DNA from: Nageia nagi
Lineage: Eukaryota; Plantae; Pinophyta
DNA length: 64,000 bases
Reading direction: 5' to 3'
Assembly (NCBI GenBank): GCA_050084985.1
Contig: JBITNC010000001.1
Span: forward strand, 86,490,001-86,554,000
Part shown: positions 56,346 to 64,000 of the stretch, piece after piece
Layout of the letters: each line of letters begins with the position of its first letter
How positions within the stretch are numbered: position 1 is the stretch's first letter
Position numbers and translations under genes: made by a program
Notes under the pieces: generated by a model
Seen by the model: the letters and a program-made list of their open reading frames with translations, nothing else
Databases searched by the model: none
What the model was told of the DNA's origin: nothing

Positions 56346-57869
56346 AGGGTTACTGATAATAAAGTTCTAGTTGTTCCTTTATATAATTTAGTTTTAGAAG
56401 CACTATACATATTATCCTATTCTAAATCATTATCTCTTTCATAAATATCTCTTTCATCATCATCATCATGAACATATATGAACTTAAGTAAACCATCAAT
56501 TCCATTATCTTCATGATCATTATCATCATCATCATCATCATCATGATCAATGTTATCCTCTCTTAATTCATCATCATAACTACTTGAATCCAACATAGGT
56601 ATTTGAATAAGAGCTATTGGATCTAGTATAGACATAAACTATGCATATTATCCAATCTTCCATATTATTTATAGTATCTTTTTATCTCTCCTACTTACAT
56701 TATTTTGATGCAATCTAGGTGTAATAGTTATCATGTTTGAGTGCTCATGATGATTATTTCTTGTATTTTTATCATGTTCTTTTCAAATTAGTTGTTACAA
56801 ATCATTAATTCAAAATAAAAAAAATAAGTATAGAGTAATTTGATACATCCATTTATGCACATGATCCATACATATAATTTGATACATCCATACATACATT
56901 TTAATATCTATGCATATATAGATGATCCATACATATATTAATTGACACATACATTCATACACATCAATAAAAATTTTATTTTTATTTTTATTTTTTAGCT
57001 TTGGTCCTAGATGAATTGTTACATTTATCTACCCATAAAGTCTTTTTTATTATTATTACATTGGTGAAATTCACAATTTGATCCCCATTCTTCACCTACA
57101 TAACTGTTTATGTATCCTGGTATGCTTATTTGTAATTTTGATTGACCATCAATGTATAAGAGTTCTAAATGCTTTATATGTGGAATATTGGAAGCATTTG
57201 TACATATTCCATATGTGGACATACTATACATATATGATGCTAATTATTTCCAATCTACTACTATGTAAACTGACCCACAAAATGGAATTAGTGGCTCTAT
57301 CTCATAAACTAGAGAAACGACTATAGTACTATGTATAAATAAACCATATCTTGAGTACATTTCAAATGGTTTGATTATGTATCAATGACCATAACAAGGA
57401 AAGATCTCATAATCCTTTGTAAAAGGCCTTTCAACTGGCCATGCATCATATGCCCCATGATTATATGTATGTTGATATTTAATTCATATTTTTGGTGACA
57501 TGTGCATCAAACCCAAATCATGAACATCCTCCTTTGGTAGATCAACTACCTCCTCATATGCAATAGAATATGCATACATTGATAATTCATGAAGTCCTTT
57601 TTGAAGTCTTTTTCTTATATATATTATTTTGAATTCATAGGATGAACCTACATATTGTTTTAGATTCATTTGTTGGATATACAAATTTATTTTATTTAGT
57701 TTTATTTTATTTAATTTAATATATAAGAATTCAAAAATTAATTCAAATTTTGATCCTAATTACCTCACAACCATCATCATATTCTAATGATGAGGATAAG
57801 TCATTTATGCTTTACACATTTTATTCTTACAATATTATCCATAAAATTAAGTTAAATGTTATAAATAAT

Positions 57870-59979
57870 TATTGAACTATGTGTGACACTAAGAGGGGGG
57901 CGAATCAGTGTCTTTAAATTTAAAACTTAAAACCCAAAAACTTTAAACAGTGCAACAAAAAGATAAAACTAAATAGAGTAAACACATAAGAGAACATCAC
58001 ACAACACAAGATATAATGAGGTTCACCAATATGGCTACATCTTTAAATAAGATTGCTTGGACTCTAATCAAAATCCAATCATTGTAAAGCACCAACTTTA
58101 CACACAATTTACCAACAGCAACTGGAAGGAGCACCAACCCCTAAGTTTTGTAGCACCACCTACAAGGAGCACCAACTCCTCTTGCTAAGCACCCACTTGA
58201 TAGATTCAATAAGATAAGATGAAGGATTAATAACTAGTTACATAAGACTAGAAATGGTCTAGCTCAAAACACTTCTACATACAACCATAATTTGAATCTA
58301 TCTCTTCAACATTTCCTTTTCATACCAAAAAATTCATTACACTCTTCTATAGCTTTAACTATTTTATTCATACTCACTCAATCTTCACACCTATTAGCTA
58401 AAAAATTGTAAAATGAACCAAGAAACTATTCTTGAAACCACTGGAAGGGCTATCATTATTTAAATCAAGAAAACATTTCACATTCTGATTCAAAACTAAT
58501 ATGATTTCTCACACACATTTAGAACTCTCAACACTTGTAGAACTATAAAGAAATCATTCATTCATACACATATGTTACTCACACATACTTCACACACTAC
58601 TCAAAATCATACTACATTGCCAATGCACAAACCTAGAAAAATCTAAATATTAAAGAGTTGGTTCATAATAATACTTCAATTGCACTCAGAATATGTGTTC
58701 CAAGTTGATATGGCATGAAATGGTATTATGATTTCTACATAGATGCTCAATAATCTCTAAAAGCCCATATTTATATTTTATATCACTAAAACTCTCCAAA
58801 TTTAATTAGGAGTGTAATATATTTTAACAGGAAATAAAAACATATATTCAAGAATCATAATAAGCATTTTGTCAAACATTTCACTACCAAAACTGGGCTC
58901 AACACTTAGCCAAAATTTATGTCTTCTCATTTAGTCAAACACTTATCAGTTATCCTTGTTCATTGACTTCTATACCTTAGATTGAGATGAACCAAAAACC
59001 AAAGTTGTGAGATTTTTCATGATGATTACAAATCTACAACCAAAAAACAAATACCTCAAATCAAATTCATGTAATTCCTCTTTTTCTTTGCTGTACCAAA
59101 AAGTGCACCAAACTACAAAAAGTTACTAAGTGGCATTTTGTAATTTGGAATACACATACTATATATACCCAACTACACTCTGTACAAATTTGAATGTCTA
59201 AATACTCATATTTTTCTCACTTCACTTCTTGGAAAGTGGCCTTCAATAAAGATTTCATGGGTATTTTGTCAAACAATTCACATGCTTAGTTTTGTGCAAA
59301 TTATAGATTCTCATACTTCGGGACCTCAAATCAAGATGATTCAACATACAAAGTTATTCATGTCATCAATTTATACATGTAAAAAATTTGAAATTCTAAA
59401 TTTGAAGACTTTAGAAGCCTAAAACAACCATCCAACTATTTCCATGACTTGGCCAAAATTTTTTCTCAAAACTATAAAACATTACGAAGTGGCATTTTGC
59501 ATCTTGCACCATTTCTTCCTTGGTCATCATATTGCTATGAAATTTGGATCACATATTTGTGGTATATATTAATATATGTGATTTAAATTTCAGCTTTTGA
59601 ATAAACATGGTTTGCTTGCAATTTGACTTGCATGAAGTTAATTTCACTCAAATTTTTGACTATTCAAAAATCCATAAGTGTGCCCAAAAAAGAATCAACA
59701 TGAAATTTGACCATTCTAACACTACACATAAGTTTTTTATCAATCCAAAAACTTATCCAAGCCATATTTAGTTGTTCATCACCTTCTTTTTGCATTTTGG
59801 TGCTCTTGAAAACTTTTGGTACCTCATAAAAACTTTTGGTCCCTTTATCATTTTTGCATCTAACAACTTTGCAAATCTTATCGACATTATTTCTTTGACA
59901 CATGTAACCATGTGAACCATATGCTTACTAATCTCATCATGTTGACAATAATGATAACACTACTACATCGTACTCAATA
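57870..59979 (-). mobile_element. Solo LTR (~2.1 kb) of the SIRE-like Copia group
   Basis: gacactaagaggggggcgaatcagtgtc and ggagcaccaa motifs as in the 14228 and 21123 LTRs; end gacaataatgata...caaTA; ATAAT on both sides (57865-57869 and 59980-59984); termini decayed TG>TA and CA>TA. Confidence 0.75.
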
Positions 59980-60949
59980 ATAATATCATGAAAGTAGGAA
60001 TTTAAATGATCTTACATTTCTATGTCATATGTAATAATATTTATCTTACCTCATCCTCATTAGATGAAAGATTAATCCCTCCTCATAGGATAAATTCATG
60101 CAAGAAATATCTTAGGATATAAATCGTATAATACATCACTTCTTGACCTCCTAGGAACTAGTAATGGAAACTCTTTTGAATTAGATACCACATCATCCTA
60201 AAAACCCTCTAACATTAAGGTAGTGGTATCTAAATATTTAAATCAGATGATACATAACTCCTAACAACCCTCTAATGCAAATATAGTGACATATTAATAT
60301 CTAAATCTGATGACACATCAATGCTCCCACACCCTAACATAATGATATAAGCCAAATCACTAACTTATTTTACAAATTAAAGAAAAAAATTATTAGTACA
60401 CCAATAGTATCAAAGAAGAAAATTACAAGATCTTAAATTACAAGATCCTAAACTATGAATATAAATTATTAGGTTGCTCAAAATAAAGTTATAAATAGAT
60501 AAATCTCTAACTTCTTTGATTTCAACAAATACAAAGGCTTGAGAATGTTTTCAATGGCTTGTTAAAAATTTAAACTTTACTAAAAACTTAAAGGGTTTAA
60601 TTTAGAACTTATGCAAAATGGTTCAAATAGTAAAAATGTAATTATGTTTTTTTTATTTAATGGACATTCTTGTAGTTACTTTTTCAAATTCATAATTTTA
60701 TTTGAAAGCTTGCTATACCTATGGGAGGATAATTCAAATGCTTTTCATCGTTATTGAAGTACATGCATAATATTTCATTATATAATATTTATACATATCC
60801 TATGCATAGATGGGAGTTATATGTTTTCTCATAAGGCCCATAAGTTGTACCCTTATCTTGAGGAGTTTTCCCACTTGATAACTACCATTGAGGTTATAGG
60901 TTTTCTCATAAGGCCCATAAATTATACACACTCCCTCATAGTGTAAACC

Positions 60950-61585
60950 TACTATCCTAACCCCTAACCTATTTTCTTGGACCTATCCCTTTAATAATGT
61001 AAACCTACTCTCCTAACCTACTTTCATAGACCCATAACCTCATAAATATTTTAAATTGATGCAAAAACCTCTAACCCTTATTCCCTAACCATAACCCTAA
61101 TCCTCACCCTCAACCTAACCCTAACCCTTACCCTTAAACCCTAACCACTAACCCTAACCTTAATACTAACCCTATTAAGGTATTATTTAATATTAATACC
61201 TAATTCACTAACCTTTAACCTACCTTTATGGATCCACCCCCTCATAAATGTTCAAAATCAATGCAAAAACACCTATCCCTTATTCCCTAACCTTAACCCT
61301 ATAGTATATATTATTATATTTATATTTATATTTTCATATTTTATTATATTATTTTATTAACATGTTATTTTATTTATATTAGTATATATTAATATTATAT
61401 TATATTATTTAATTGTATTATCTAACCCCTAATCCCTTACCCTTACCCTTAACCTTAACACAACCATTAACCCCTAACTACCCTATCTCTTACCCCTAAA
61501 CTTAACCGTTACCACTAACACCTAATTACCCTAACCCTTACACCAAACCCTAACACCTAACCCCCAACCCTAATACTAACCCTAT
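60950..61585 (+). repeat. Degenerate telomere-like (CCCTAA)n tracts interrupted by an AT-only spacer
   Basis: Dense ccctaa/ccctta/cctaac units at ~61070-61175 and ~61425-61585. Confidence 0.8.
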
Positions 61586-61620
61586 TAGTATACATTATTA
61601 TATTACAAATAATATGTTAT

Positions 61621-62440
61621 TGTTAGATTTGAGTGACACTTAGAGGGTAGTGAATTAGTGTGAAACTAAAATTGAAAACTTGTAGACCAAATAAAAATAA
61701 TAAAATAATCACACATCATAAGATCATCACATAATATAATATGTAATGAGGCTCACTAATTTCGCTACATCCCTAAATTATACTATCTAGATCATGGTAC
61801 AAATACAAACATTATAAAGCATCAAATTTATAATCAATTTATCAACACCAACTTGATGGAGCACCAATCCCAAGTTCTACAACACCCACTACAAGGAGCA
61901 CCAATTCCAAGTTCTACAACACCCACTACAAGGAGCACCAATTCCAAGTTCTACAACACCCACTACAAGGAGCACCAACCCCTCTTACCAAGCACCAACA
62001 TGAGAAACCAATAAAATAACTATTTTGACAAGAGTTTTAAAGCCTATTTCAAAGACCCTCAATGGTCTAGCTCATCAAACTTCACTCTTCCAACTCTTTC
62101 AATTTGAATTAGCTTTCAATATTTATAGCCCCTTATTTTCCTTTCTTTTCTAATTTATTACACTTTTCTCTTTTTTAACATCTCATTCATACACATACCA
62201 ACCTACTATGATCATCAACTCAATTCAGTTTATACTCTATAGCTCATACATACTTAATTTTGCTTAGCTTGATCTTATTACAACATCTTCCACTATTCCC
62301 TTAACAATCTAACACACATAACTCCATGTCGATAACTATTACTAACATCAGTAAATACTCCATACTCTTCTTTAGTAGTTATAAACATGTATAATCATTA
62401 ACCTAAATGTTAGCTTCATTTCACAATGATAGTTACTATT
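61621..62440 (-). mobile_element. Truncated SIRE-like Copia LTR
   Basis: TGTTAG...gacacttagagggtagtgaattagtg followed by the family ggagcaccaa repeats. Confidence 0.75.
61858..61980 (+). repeat. 37 bp near-perfect tandem repeat x3.3
   Basis: ggagcaccaat(c/t)ccaagttctacaacacccactacaa at 61858, 61895 and 61932. Confidence 0.95.
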
Positions 62441-62498
62441 TTTTAGTAAAGAAAATGAAATAAGAAGGGGAAAATAGTAAAGAAAAGGGGAGGGGTGA

Positions 62499-64000
62499 TG
62501 TAGACCCTAAAATGTGTAAATACATAAATAAATAAATTGGCCTACAAATATAATGAATATCAATTTTATATCAAATTACAAGAGATATACATAAAATATA
62601 TAAACCTGATATAGAGTGGGACCTGTAGCCAATTTATGGATAATCCTTAAAAATAAATAGCAATGAATCTCCAGTGGATTTTGATCAAACTGAAGATGAG
62701 CTCATAATAGATATTCACTAGAATGGATGCATGAATTATTTCCTAAAAATTGGACCTCTCAATCATGAAGGTGCACACTACTAGCTACAAGGAAGAGGTA
62801 CATCACTGATGATGTAAGAATGACCATTTCATGAAGTGCGCAAGAGAGAGATAACAAATCTCAAAGAGTTAACAAGTTCTCAAAGATAGGTGGCATCAAG
62901 AGACACTATTGGTACAATGTTTGGGATAACCACCTATCAAAGAGATCTAATAAGGATGTCAACCTTCACCTCCCATATTTATAACTTGCAAGGAAATAGA
63001 AAGAAATGAGGTTGACATATAGCAATAATAATAATCATTTCAATATTCAAGATAACTTAAAATATAAACCATGGTATATAAAATTACATTGGCCTTAGCA
63101 CATGGTACTGTAATATAATAGCATTTATATTGATTTATACATTATTACCTTTTAATCTTTTAATGTGCTAAATATGATTTATTAAATAAATAATAAATCA
63201 TTTTTAGGCATCTACACTTTTCTCCTCTTTGGATGTGTAATGAAAAATATTCAAATTGCATACTCCAAAGAAGTCTAGAGAAGAGAAAAATATTTTCAAT
63301 AATAAAGTGGACTTCCCTATTTTGATCGATATGTTGAGTATGGTATGTTGTTTGCCTCCTTTTGATCTTGGTTTCCCCTAGCTCTTGTTGTTTTAGCTAA
63401 GCAAGCCAAAAATAAGAGTCCCTCTATGAGGTGAGCGATTGATTCTAATCCTACCCACCTAAAAAATACCTATAGAACAAAGCAACATATATCTACATAG
63501 ATCACATCCATGAAATAATAAGCAATGGAAATAGCAAGGATGAAACTAATATAATATGCAATGTATCACTATTGTTGATATGACTCATAGTGATATAATA
63601 TGTGATACATAGAGTACTATGACAAATAACTCATAGTCTATGAAGAGCAAGTGCATGGGTTCTCTGTAATTCCCTAGGCTTGCAATATCCATGATTTATA
63701 AACTATTGTGAAAGACAACTCATAGTCTATAAATGCCCATTCAATGACTCACAATGGTGATGTCCTGTAACAATACAATATTTTCTCATGGGAAGACCAT
63801 GGTTGTGAAACAATTATCAATATATCAATGAACCATTATATTCAATTTTTATCAATGAACCATATGCTCAATTATTCATTGGCCTTTCATTACAACACTT
63901 CAATTTGCATGAATTTTCAATGTAGATCCACATCGTTGGTAGCATAGTATGCCTAAAATTTTACAATCATATTTTTAACAATTTTGATCCTTATTCGTAA
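62499..64000 (-). mobile_element. Tat-type element 3' end: LTR 62499-63216, PPT 63217-63230, 3' region running out of the window
   Basis: Terminal inverted repeat TGTAGACCCTAAAA / TTTTAGGCATCTACA; minus-strand aaagaggagaaaag immediately before TGTAGATGCC. Confidence 0.75.

Larger units (their letters stand above)
53145..61620 (-). mobile_element. Decayed CACTA (En/Spm) transposon interrupted by a solo LTR; right end not seen
   Basis: Terminus CACTACTAGGAAAAG at 53145; Tnp2 remnants at 55117-56345 with intron-like breaks. The right limit is approximate. Confidence 0.7.

Noticed and set aside
61858-61980. CRISPR-like 37-bp repeats
   Set aside because: The units are head-to-tail with no unique spacers, lie inside a plant LTR, and there are no cas genes.

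Overview
A very AT-rich, strongly CpG-depleted plant genomic window made almost entirely of old, nested, decayed transposable elements. The TE families look like those of a large gymnosperm-type genome, but the taxon is an inference. There are three 100-N gaps (28844-28943, 38974-39073, 51409-51508). The only host gene is the 3' end (last two exons) of a laccase on the minus strand (28410-28843), cut off by a gap and showing an apparent 1-bp frameshift next to it. TEs seen: a Tat/Ogre-type Ty3/Gypsy (pol with a second, archaeal-type RNase H) carrying an antisense plant-mobile-domain ORF and unidentified decayed ORFs; several SIRE-like/Gymco-type Ty1/Copia copies, one complete with an AAGTT TSD and one solo LTR with an ATAAT TSD; two CACTA remnants; a CRM-like chromovirus split in gag by a clean ~4.3 kb inversion; and several non-autonomous LTR elements. 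The most interesting structural observations are a hairpin abutting the PPT in five Tat-type PPT/LTR junctions, the inversion, a PPT fused directly to an RT fragment, and (CCCTAA)n telomere-like tracts. I found no clear intact novel multi-gene system. All alignments were done by eye.
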